Source: Candidatus Parcubacteria bacterium (GTDB lineage Bacteria > Patescibacteriota > Minisyncoccia > Phycocordibacterales > UBA918). Taken from it: a stretch of DNA of 34,396 nucleotides. Both the position numbers and the translations under genes were made by a program. Shown here piece by piece: positions 25,177-33,257 of the stretch (within the stretch, counting starts at the first letter, position 1; each line of letters starts with the position of its first letter). The notes under the pieces are model-generated. The model was given only the letters and a program-made list of their open reading frames with translations, searched no databases and was not told the DNA's origin. Where the stretch lies: positions 1 to 34,396 of the forward strand of contig JBJORD010000028.1 in assembly GCA_046049585.1 (NCBI GenBank), written 5' to 3'.

Positions 25177-25210
25177 CAAAAACCCCTCGCTTAAGGCGAG
25201 GGGTTTTTGT
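25176..25210. terminator. 15-bp perfect bidirectional terminator hairpin
   Basis: ACAAAAACCCCTCGC-TTAAG-GCGAGGGGTTTTTGT, between the convergent DsbA-like and helicase genes. Confidence 0.8.
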
Positions 25211-25211
25211 T

Positions 25212-28211
25212 TTATGTGCGCAGTCGGTCTTGCAGTAAAGTGGCCAGTGACGCATATTCACTATCAGCAGCCAAGATTTCGTCAAACCAAAAATCTCCCC
25301 GTAGTAGCATTTCTAGGGTTTCTAGTATCTCTGCTTTTACCCCAGCTTGATTCTCGCTATCGCTTTCAAATAACTCTTCAACAATTTTGCCATTTGTATG
25401 TGGCTCAATAAACGACAACACCCCGTATGGACAATGGTAACGATTATCCTCATGGAGTGATAATAAGAGTGCGTAAAATGACAGCTGGCGCCGATAGTTA
25501 CCATCACTGGTAGCCGTCTCACCCATAATGTCTTTACGTGATTTAGTCTTACCTGTTTTGTAATCTACTACTCGGGAAACACTCCCATTGATCGCAAAAT
25601 CAAGCCGGTCGAGATTACCCTGCAACAATAATTCAGGCAACAGAGTCAAATTGGTCTGTATTCGTGCCGTACTAGAAAACTCTTCCTTTGTCATTGCTGG
25701 TAACGTCTCTGTGAGATGTGGTAAATATGCTGCCAGCGATGCTTGACCTTTTTGTAGGAGGTCACTCATCTCAACTGGTGAAAGTGGTAGCTTTTCCAAA
25801 CGCTGCACCAGTAGTCGATTAGCGTCATTGAAGCTCAGAATCTTGGCTGTAGCGGTATGGGTTTTGGTTACCTGTTCGAGTACTCCATGCATGGCTGTTC
25901 CAAAATGTAGGGCTGGGGTCTTGGGTTCAGGTAGACGAAATACATTTCGATACACAAAATGCCAAGGGTTCTTGAGCGCGTTGTTAAGTGAGGTGGCAGA
26001 AAAACCGCGCCTGGTCAGTGCACTTTGCACATTAGCAGTCAACTCTGCTCGCGCCTGGTTGGTACTGATCAATTGAGACAGTAATGTAGGACCATGCAGC
26101 ACTTCGTCATCAATTAGTGTGGGTACGAGTGACAGGTAAGATAGTAACGGGGTTGGTGACAAGGCTTTGCCAGAGGTGTTTGTGTGCGCATAAGACAGGG
26201 ACAGATTGGTTTTGGCACGAGTTAGTGCTACATACAACAAGCGCCGTTCGTCTTCATTCGCTTCAAGCTGTAATTCAGTAGTTTTTAGTAGTGGCAGCTT
26301 AAAGTAATCTGGGCGTTTGCTTTTACCCCAGGCTTGTTCGGTCAAATGTGGTACATACACTGAATGAAATTCGAGCCCTTTTGATTTATGTGCCGTAATT
26401 ACTTGAACCCCAGTACCACTACCCATATAGGGTGCTGAGAGTGGTAATCGGTACGCCACTCGTGCCGTAAAGAGGTGTACCACTTCAGACAAAGTGCGCA
26501 CCTCACCAGCTGCTACTGCTCCCTCAATTTCGTCATAAACGCGTCTTATGATTCGCCCACCTTCAATCGGAAAACGACCAATCACATAGGTAAGCAAACC
26601 ACTATCTAAGAACAAATCAGCTACCACGTGTTGCGCTGACGATACCAAAGCAGACGCTCGCGCTTTTTCTAATACTGTCATCACTCGGGTGCACGTCGCC
26701 TCATCAACCAACACAAGACCTTCTCTCGCCTCTTTGCTCGATAACAATTGCACTAAGTTATTCTTGTACGACTGGGCTGCTAAAAGCGTAGTCACATCGG
26801 TTAAAGGAATACCCCAATACGGAGCCTGTATCACCTTGGCTAAGGTAGCAATATTGGTTGGCTGCTCAGCCGCTTGGAGTAAATCAATAGCTGCCAAAAA
26901 TAACGGGTGATCAAGAATATCGCCGTCAGCACTAGCATCCACCAAGACGCCAGATCGTCGGAGCGCGTCAGCCAAAACTGCCACTTCCCGATTTGACCGT
27001 ACTATCACGGCTATTTCGTTTGGTGGTACTCCAGCCGCTAATTCGGCTTGTACGGCCGTCACTAGCGCTGCCTCCTCGACACTCTCATGACTATATACCT
27101 GCAAGGTCATCTTTTCTGGATCTGTAGAAGCAGCCTGAAGTGGTGTTCGATAATCGACCAGTGGTCCCTCAGTGACTTTGATCAAGTCATGCGCCTGATC
27201 CAGGATACCTTGTGTAGAACGATAGTTATCATCCAAGGTAATGACATTGGTAGCCGTGTAAGCTTGTTCAAAATGAATAAAATTCTCGAGTGAGGCTCCC
27301 TGAAAACGATAGATAGCCTGCTTTTCATCCCCCACCACAAATAAGTTTGGGGCGGTATGAAAATTTGTTAGGAGCTCAAGAATTTCATTTTGTGCACCAT
27401 TTACGTCTTGGTGTTCATCAGCCAGAATGTACTGAAAACGTTCCTGTAGATCGAAACGAACATTTTCACAATCACGCAACACTTTTACCGTCTCTAGAAT
27501 CATGTCATCAAAGTCGTAGCGTCGGTTGGTAGACATAAGCGCGTCATAACGCTGGTATACCGCATGAAGCACTAATTGTTTTTCGATTAATTCAGCGGCC
27601 TTTTTGTACTCGCTACGCTCCTTACCTTTGTGAGCACCTTTCTCATGGTATTGAGGAATGTGTAACAAGGTCTCTTGTGCGTCACTAATTATTTCAGATA
27701 GGCGATGTGGTGTCACATTCTCCTGCTTCATAGCACTGATAGCACTCGTGATCGCTTGAATATAAAAATCAGGAGCGTTGACTGGCCGCAACAGAGACAG
27801 GGCTGGATCTTCAAGAATTGATTCCAGGTATTGAATCCGCTCAATGTCAGTAATAGCTTGGCCACCTACGATTCGCTCGTACGCAGTTGGGTACTCACGG
27901 ATAAGCTGCTCAGCCAAGGCATGAAATGTATAGATGGGCACTTGGTACGCGCGGGGCCCGATAAAGGTCTGTAGTCGTTCGCGCATCGCACGTGCTCCTG
28001 ATTTGGTAAAGGTCAGGGCCAAAATACTTTCAGGCGCTGTGTCAGTCAGTCGGAGTATATTGGCAATGCGGAGAGTCAAAATCTGGGTCTTACCAGTACC
28101 TGGACCAGCAATCACCATGACTGGGCCTTCAATCGCATCAACAGCCGATTTTTGCTTTTTGTTTAGACGATTATAAGCGCTAAAGTAGTTTTGCTCGTAC
28201 ACCGAAGTCAT
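25212..28211 (-). CDS. UvrD/PcrA-type superfamily-1 helicase fused to a C-terminal PD-(D/E)XK (RecB/Cas4-like) nuclease domain
   Basis: The N-terminus has AGPGTGKTQ (Walker A), ILADEHQDVN and VGDEKQAIYRFQGA. The C-terminus has VVDYKTGK...YRRQLSFYALLL, a nuclease motif. The ATG at 28211 is preferred because TGgTATACT lies 8 nt upstream. Confidence 0.85.
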   Translation of the reverse strand: MTSVYEQNYFSAYNRLNKKQKSAVDAIEGPVMVIAGPGTGKTQILTLRIANILRLTDTAPESILALTFTKSGARAMRERLQTFIGPRAYQVPIYTFHALAEQLIREYPTAYERIVGGQAITDIERIQYLESILEDPALSLLRPVNAPDFYIQAITSAISAMKQENVTPHRLSEIISDAQETLLHIPQYHEKGAHKGKERSEYKKAAELIEKQLVLHAVYQRYDALMSTNRRYDFDDMILETVKVLRDCENVRFDLQERFQYILADEHQDVNGAQNEILELLTNFHTAPNLFVVGDEKQAIYRFQGASLENFIHFEQAYTATNVITLDDNYRSTQGILDQAHDLIKVTEGPLVDYRTPLQAASTDPEKMTLQVYSHESVEEAALVTAVQAELAAGVPPNEIAVIVRSNREVAVLADALRRSGVLVDASADGDILDHPLFLAAIDLLQAAEQPTNIATLAKVIQAPYWGIPLTDVTTLLAAQSYKNNLVQLLSSKEAREGLVLVDEATCTRVMTVLEKARASALVSSAQHVVADLFLDSGLLTYVIGRFPIEGGRIIRRVYDEIEGAVAAGEVRTLSEVVHLFTARVAYRLPLSAPYMGSGTGVQVITAHKSKGLEFHSVYVPHLTEQAWGKSKRPDYFKLPLLKTTELQLEANEDERRLLYVALTRAKTNLSLSYAHTNTSGKALSPTPLLSYLSLVPTLIDDEVLHGPTLLSQLISTNQARAELTANVQSALTRRGFSATSLNNALKNPWHFVYRNVFRLPEPKTPALHFGTAMHGVLEQVTKTHTATAKILSFNDANRLLVQRLEKLPLSPVEMSDLLQKGQASLAAYLPHLTETLPAMTKEEFSSTARIQTNLTLLPELLLQGNLDRLDFAINGSVSRVVDYKTGKTKSRKDIMGETATSDGNYRRQLSFYALLLSLHEDNRYHCPYGVLSFIEPHTNGKIVEELFESDSENQAGVKAEILETLEMLLRGDFWFDEILAADSEYASLATLLQDRLRT

Positions 28212-28249
28212 ATAAGCCCAGTATACCATTAGGCAGAATCACCTGCGAC

Positions 28250-29023
28250 TTAGGCTGTATCATCCAGGTAGCACTCATACAATGCTGCAAGTGTCATCGG
28301 CCAGACGAGTAGTAACACCAACTCTTCTAGTGGCACAACCTGACCAAAAAGGGTGACTGTAGCCATGTATTCGGTCGTAAACGCAAATACCCGTACACCA
28401 TTAGCAAGGGCTACTAATTCCATGAGGACAGATAGCGGCCACACCGCAACCGCAAACCAAAATACTTTTTCCAAAATCTTGCCCGACGCACCCCTCGCCA
28501 TAAATAAGAGTGTCACTATCAGGACCAAAAACAGCACTGCCAAAATCCACAAAAACGAAAAACTGACTAGTTCAACAGAGAATAAGTAGAAAAAACTGAC
28601 CACCAGAGCACCCAAAGTCACCATTAGTGGTAACAAGATTTTTTGGCGTCGGCTTTGTATAACGCCATCATCAAAGAAAAATTCGTAGAGGACCAAAAAA
28701 TACAAACTATGTACAAAGGCAAATAAGACCGATTCAAAAGAGACACCCAGGAGTCGGGTACTTGATTGAACAATCGAGTACCACGCGCCCGTTGTATGAG
28801 CAACCGCATCAATTACTACAAATACCACTGCCACCAAGGCTGTTGCAACCAACAAACGACCAAGCTGCAGTGGCCGTTCATACATCAACACAGCCAGCGG
28901 TACGCCGCAGAGCAAAAACAAAACAAAAGCCGTTGGAAGCGCTACCCACAAAGCAAGCCCAGCCACCACGACACTATAGAGTGTCAATGTAAGCAAATGC
29001 CACATTTGGAGACGAGGAACCAT
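28250..29023 (-). CDS. Polytopic membrane protein, possibly of the lycopene-cyclase-domain family
   Basis: About 7 TM helices in two similar halves. The second half carries VPLEELVLLLVW (compare the PxEE motif of CrtYc/Yd domains) and the first has SFESVLFAF. The start is moved to 29023 because codons 29024-29077 are the translation of a 17-bp hairpin. Confidence 0.5.
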   Translation of the reverse strand: MVPRLQMWHLLTLTLYSVVVAGLALWVALPTAFVLFLLCGVPLAVLMYERPLQLGRLLVATALVAVVFVVIDAVAHTTGAWYSIVQSSTRLLGVSFESVLFAFVHSLYFLVLYEFFFDDGVIQSRRQKILLPLMVTLGALVVSFFYLFSVELVSFSFLWILAVLFLVLIVTLLFMARGASGKILEKVFWFAVAVWPLSVLMELVALANGVRVFAFTTEYMATVTLFGQVVPLEELVLLLVWPMTLAALYECYLDDTA

Positions 29024-29035
29024 ATGACTTATATT

Positions 29036-29074
29036 GTACCAAGCACCGACCCATTTTGGGTCGGTGCTTGGTAC
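29036..29074 (-). terminator. 17-bp perfect GC-rich hairpin downstream of rpoD
   Basis: GTACCAAGCACCGACCC-ATTTT-GGGTCGGTGCTTGGTAC begins 16 nt beyond the rpoD stop. No clear U-tract follows on the minus strand. Confidence 0.5.
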
Positions 29075-29089
29075 CATTCTGTGTGTAGC

Positions 29090-30526
29090 CTAGTATGACT
29101 TCAGTCGTCGTGCTTTATCGTGACTACGGATTTTTTCGAGCGCTTTGGCTTCGATCTGGCGAATACGTTCACGGGTGACGCCGAATTCCTTCCCTACTTC
29201 TTCGAGTGTGTGATACGTTCCATCAAGGAGTCCGTGGCGCATCTCAAGAATTTTTCGTTCCTTCTCTGACAGGGTGTCGAGAATTTCGGTGATCTGATCA
29301 GTCAAAATACTGTGTGACACTTCTTGGTCTGGTGAGGTGATTTTGTCATCAGCAATAAAATCTGAGAGTCGTGAATGATCATCTTCATCACCAATCGGGA
29401 GCTCGAGTGAAATAGTATCCTGACTAATCTTTTCGATTTGATAAATCTTGTCTACCTCTACCCCCATTTCGGTAGCAATCTCTTCTGGCATCGGGTCACG
29501 ACCTAAGTCTTGTGAAAGTCGACGAGACACTTGTTTGTACTTGGCCATCGTTTCTACCATGTGTACTGGAATACGAATAGTACGTGACTGATCGGCCAAA
29601 GCTCGGGTAATAGCCTGGCGAATCCACCAGGTTGCGTAGGTAGAAAACTTGAAGCCCTTAGTGAAGTCGAATTTGTCTACAGCCTTAAAGAGACCAAGGT
29701 TACCCTCTTGAATCAAGTCAAGGAGAGTGAGATCAGGACTACGTCCCACGTACTTCTTGGCAATCGATACCACCAGTCGAAGGTTGGCTCGAGCCAACAG
29801 ATTACGTGCTTCTTCGTCACCGTCGACAATACGCTTGGCGAGTACCCGTTCTTCATGAGCATTCAATAGTGGATACTGACCAATTTCACGAAAGTACATT
29901 TGGATAGAGTCATAACTACTATCATTGCGCTTGAAAGCGTTCTTTTGTGCTAGTAGTTCTTCAGCTGGATCAGCACCGAGCATCCCGCCACTTTTGAGTA
30001 CATCAACACCAGCGACCGAAAAGCGCTCATATAACTCATCGAGGAACATGATGTCTTTTTCGATTTCAGGAAAAGCACGTAAGAGCTCGTCGTAGGTAAC
30101 ATAACCGCGCTCACGACCTGACTTCATGAGTTCAGCGGCTTTTAACTCAAGAATCTTTTCTGATTTTGTCAGTGGCTTTGGTGGCAATGCCTTAACTACC
30201 GGAGCGGCTTTTACCACTACTGGTGCAGCGGCTTTTTTGGTAACCACCTTACCAACGACAGCTTTTTTTACAGGAGCTACTTTTGCTACAACTTTTTTTG
30301 CTGAGACTGTCTTTTTAGTGACTGGTTTTTTGGACACCACTTTTTTCACAGCTTTCGCTGCTTTTTTTGCGACTTTTTTGGCAACTGGCTTCACGACTTT
30401 TTTTTGAGCACTGACCTTTTTGATGGTCTTTTTTGCTACAGATTTTTGAACTTTGGTAACGGTTTTGGCCGTTTTTTTAACTGCTTTTTTTGCGACTTTT
30501 TTGGCGGTTGCCATATGTGAAGACAA
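29090..30526 (-). CDS. rpoD: RNA polymerase primary sigma factor with a Lys/Ala/Val-rich N-terminal extension
   Basis: It has region 2 ([18 protein letters not shown]...[17 protein letters not shown]), region 3, and region 4 ([24 protein letters not shown]). The ATG at 30514 is an alternative start. Confidence 0.92.
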   Translation of the reverse strand: MSSHMATAKKVAKKAVKKTAKTVTKVQKSVAKKTIKKVSAQKKVVKPVAKKVAKKAAKAVKKVVSKKPVTKKTVSAKKVVAKVAPVKKAVVGKVVTKKAAAPVVVKAAPVVKALPPKPLTKSEKILELKAAELMKSGRERGYVTYDELLRAFPEIEKDIMFLDELYERFSVAGVDVLKSGGMLGADPAEELLAQKNAFKRNDSSYDSIQMYFREIGQYPLLNAHEERVLAKRIVDGDEEARNLLARANLRLVVSIAKKYVGRSPDLTLLDLIQEGNLGLFKAVDKFDFTKGFKFSTYATWWIRQAITRALADQSRTIRIPVHMVETMAKYKQVSRRLSQDLGRDPMPEEIATEMGVEVDKIYQIEKISQDTISLELPIGDEDDHSRLSDFIADDKITSPDQEVSHSILTDQITEILDTLSEKERKILEMRHGLLDGTYHTLEEVGKEFGVTRERIRQIEAKALEKIRSHDKARRLKSY

Positions 30527-30558
30527 CTATACAGAAAAATACAGAATTGTCCAGTCCC

Positions 30559-32298
30559 CTACTCAAAAAGCACTTCTGTGTAGGCTGGTACCTGTCTGGC
30601 TTTGGTGAGTTCTACAATTCGAGCAAGACGAGCGACATCCGCTTCGCCACCATCATTTTGTATGGCGGCACGCTCTTTTTGCTGGGCATCGGTTAGATAT
30701 GACTCACGGTATTGATTGAGCTTATGCAAAAGCTCACTTTGCCGCACCTTGGCAGACATATGTTCAAAGGCAGATTCGAGTGAAAAGGTCAGTTCCGAAA
30801 TGATTCGCTCATCCATTTCAGCGACAATATCAGCGAGTGGCTGGTTACGGACACTAGTTAGTACACGCTCAATTACCAGAGCTTCTGCTGGTGACACTAC
30901 CCGCATACACGCCACCAAATAGGCACCTGCCTTGGCATGCCGATCAAGTGATCCTGACGCCCGTGGAGCAGCGATGGGCGTCTCTTCAGTTTGCTCAGAC
31001 GGCAAAGCCGCGTCCCGTTTTTCGAGCCGTACCACTTCCATATGCACCGCTTCTGTCGAGGTACCAAGGGCACTCGCGATTACCCCTTCAAAATGATCCC
31101 GATCGATGTGATTGGGTATGAGCGTCACAAATGGCAGCACCTCTTCACGTACTCGCAATTTGTAGGCACGGTCATCAGCAATTCCTCGACGTAAATGTTG
31201 TAGTAGATATTCAATCACGTGAATAGAATTCCCTACCGTCACTTTAAACGCTTTTGCGTCTGCCAATACCAAATCAGCCGGATCTGCTCCGTCTGGCAGC
31301 ACCGCCACCTTCACATCCATCCCGCGCCGCAACATGAGATCAGCCGCTTTCTTCATCGCATTAATACCAGCTTTATCGGCATCAAGCGCCAGCACAACGT
31401 TCTTAGAAAGTCTCTCGAGGAGTTGCACATGATGGAGTGTCAGCGCCGTTCCTGATACTGCCACAGTAGTTGTGTATCCTGCCTGGTGACTCATCACTAC
31501 GTCAAATTGCCCTTCAACTAGAAGCCAAAATGGTAACTGCCGAATATTGTGCTTGGCAAAATCGTAGCCATAGAGTACATCTGATTTATGAAAGAGATCA
31601 GTCTCAGGACTATTCACATACTTCGGAGACTTTTCGTCTGGATGCAATATACGTCCCGAAAAAGCTACCACCTTACCACTCGCGTCACGTAAAGGAAACA
31701 TAATCCGATCCCGAAATAGGTCAAACGGTTCCTTCCCAACATCGGCTGGCTTGGCGAGTCCAGCTTTGAGAATTATGTCATCGGTGTACCCGATACTATT
31801 GAGATGTGACTTGAGCTCTCGCCAGCCACCAGTCGGTGGACCAGGTGCATACCCTATCCGCCATTTAGCGATTGTTTCTTTACTCACTCCCCGCTTCTCG
31901 AGATAGGCCACTGCTTCAGTACAGTACGGGAGCTTTTCCGCAAAGAACACTGTCGCGGCTTCGGTTACCGCAATGAGTTGCTCACGGAGTCCCCGTTTCT
32001 CAGGCGCTTCAGGTACCAGTTCTACCCCTGCCTTTTGGGCCAGGGTCTTTAGTGCCTCCTTAAATTCCACCCCATCAATCGCTTGCACAAATGAAAAAAT
32101 ATCTCCCCCGACCCCACAACCAAAACAGTGATACGTCCCCCGCTCTGGTGACACATGGAAGCTCGGCGACTTTTCATTATGAAACGGACATCGCCCCTTA
32201 AAGTGCTTGCCAGCCCGATGGAGTTCGACCGTCTCACCCACCACATCCAAGATGTTCAGTCGGTCTTTGATTTGCTGTACTGCGTCACCCGATGCCAT
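30559..32298 (-). CDS. dnaG: DNA primase
   Basis: It has the zinc ribbon CPFHNEKSPSFHV...YHCFGCG and the TOPRIM region (LVEGQFDVV...LALDADKAG). It lies upstream of rpoD, the classical arrangement. Confidence 0.92.
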   Translation of the reverse strand: MASGDAVQQIKDRLNILDVVGETVELHRAGKHFKGRCPFHNEKSPSFHVSPERGTYHCFGCGVGGDIFSFVQAIDGVEFKEALKTLAQKAGVELVPEAPEKRGLREQLIAVTEAATVFFAEKLPYCTEAVAYLEKRGVSKETIAKWRIGYAPGPPTGGWRELKSHLNSIGYTDDIILKAGLAKPADVGKEPFDLFRDRIMFPLRDASGKVVAFSGRILHPDEKSPKYVNSPETDLFHKSDVLYGYDFAKHNIRQLPFWLLVEGQFDVVMSHQAGYTTTVAVSGTALTLHHVQLLERLSKNVVLALDADKAGINAMKKAADLMLRRGMDVKVAVLPDGADPADLVLADAKAFKVTVGNSIHVIEYLLQHLRRGIADDRAYKLRVREEVLPFVTLIPNHIDRDHFEGVIASALGTSTEAVHMEVVRLEKRDAALPSEQTEETPIAAPRASGSLDRHAKAGAYLVACMRVVSPAEALVIERVLTSVRNQPLADIVAEMDERIISELTFSLESAFEHMSAKVRQSELLHKLNQYRESYLTDAQQKERAAIQNDGGEADVARLARIVELTKARQVPAYTEVLFE

Positions 32299-32418
32299 AG
32301 ATAAAAGTGCCTACAGTATACCCGATTCCTCACTTTTTGATGAGGTATTGATTTTTTTAATATTTGATGTACTCTATGTAACAGTGAATCCTGTCAGAAC
32401 ATTGAAAGGTCTGCCCAG

Positions 32419-32619
32419 ATGATCAATCCCAAGTCAGCAATTCGTATCGCCCAGAAATGGGAATATAAAGAAATCAGGAGGGGTTCCGACCCAATACACT
32501 TTCTCAGACCAGCTGAGATGGAACAGCTCGGAATGGAAGGATGGGAAATGTGTGGTTGCCTTGCAAACAACCTGAGCGGTCCTTTCTACACAATCTATTA
32601 CTTCAAGCGCCCACTCTGA
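32419..32619 (+). CDS. DUF4177-like small protein
   Basis: Contains KWEYKEI...EMEQLGMEGWEMCGC...YYFKRP, resembling the DUF4177 pattern (WEYK ... GWEL ... lKRp). Confidence 0.55.
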   Translation: MINPKSAIRIAQKWEYKEIRRGSDPIHFLRPAEMEQLGMEGWEMCGCLANNLSGPFYTIYYFKRPL

Positions 32620-32644
32620 CCGCCCCGTACCCGCACCCATGCAG

Positions 32645-32681
32645 AACCCGCACCGGTCACACGGTGCGGGTTTTGCTTTTT
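32645..32681 (+). terminator. Rho-independent terminator
   Basis: AACCCGCACCG-GTCACA-CGGTGCGGGTT followed by TTGCTTTTT. Confidence 0.8.
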
Positions 32682-32706
32682 ATCTCCCATCTTCACCTCT
32701 TGTTCA

Positions 32707-32732
32707 AAATACTTTCATATATGATAGTATTT
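32707..32732. promoter_or_regulatory. 26-bp palindrome AAATACTTTCATA|TATGATAGTATTT (copy 3, 1 mismatch); candidate operator overlapping the promoter of the TrpR-like gene
   Basis: It ends 4 nt before the ATG at 32737 and contains the -10-like TAGTAT (32725-32730). Confidence 0.6.
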
Positions 32733-32736
32733 ATAC

Positions 32737-33156
32737 ATGAAGCGCAAACCATCGGATCTTTCACTTGAGGATCAGGCCTATACACGCAAGTTATTATTCG
32801 AAGCGGCTAAAGTAGCCAAGGACACGAAGCAGTTGGAAAAATTCCTTGATGGACTCTTAACTCCAAGCGAACAAATAATGCTTGGCAGACGTATATGGGT
32901 CAGTCGTTTGATTCTTGAAAACAAACGATATGATGAGATTAGTGAACGTCTACTGATTGGACATAACACCATTGCCAAAGTCGAGCTATGGCTACGTGGC
33001 CTCCTCCCCGATTACGGCAAACATATAGAGCGTGAAGTAAAACGTACAACGCATGAACGGCGTAAACAGATCGCGAAAGCTAACCCATTTGGTCTAACTG
33101 CTCTGAAAATGAAGTACCCACTTCACTTCCTTCTATTTCCCTGGCCAAAAAATTAA
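32737..33156 (+). CDS. TrpR-like / YerC-YecD family helix-turn-helix protein
   Basis: FLDGLLTPSEQIMLGRRIWVSRLILENKRYDEISERLLIGHNTIAKV resembles the Trp-repressor-fold family (f..dl.Tp.E...la.R......L..g.sy.eI......s.aTI.Rv). Confidence 0.68.
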   Translation: MKRKPSDLSLEDQAYTRKLLFEAAKVAKDTKQLEKFLDGLLTPSEQIMLGRRIWVSRLILENKRYDEISERLLIGHNTIAKVELWLRGLLPDYGKHIEREVKRTTHERRKQIAKANPFGLTALKMKYPLHFLLFPWPKN

Positions 33157-33161
33157 ATTTT

Positions 33162-33187
33162 AAATACTTTCATATATAAAAGTATTT
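33162..33187. repeat. 26-bp palindrome AAATACTTTCATA|TATAAAAGTATTT (copy 4, 1 mismatch)
   Basis: It starts 5 nt after the stop of the TrpR-like gene and lies immediately before an independent GC-containing terminator. Confidence 0.85.
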
Positions 33188-33192
33188 GTGAC

Positions 33193-33229
33193 ATAACAAA
33201 ACGGTCTCTTGGCGAGACCGTTTTGTTAT
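33193..33229. terminator. 16-bp perfect bidirectional terminator hairpin
   Basis: ATAACAAAACGGTCTC-TTGGC-GAGACCGTTTTGTTAT, between the convergent TrpR-like gene and rpoC. Confidence 0.8.
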
Positions 33230-33257
33230 TGGTTGTTATAGCAGTGATCGAGTACTG

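Noticed and set aside
3709-28032. Half-site matches to the palindrome: AATACTTTC (3709-3717), TATGAAAGT (15022-15030), TGAAAGTATT (23037-23046) and AAAATACTTTCA (28021-28032).
   Set aside because: Only one half of the dyad is present. Matches of 9-12 nt in AT-rich sequence are plausible by chance after searching many sub-patterns. They are not counted as copies.
29024-29077. N-terminal 18 codons (MVPSTDPKWVGAWYNISH) of the ORF-track call 28250-29077.
   Set aside because: These codons are the translation of the 17-bp hairpin downstream of rpoD. A -10 box followed by the ATG at 29023 gives a more plausible start.
30126-30500. Repetitive T/G-rich DNA (gcttttttt... units) that resembles a tandem repeat or spacer array.
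   Set aside because: It is the coding sequence of the Lys/Ala/Val-rich N-terminus of RpoD read on the opposite strand. There is no repeat-spacer periodicity, so it is not a CRISPR array.
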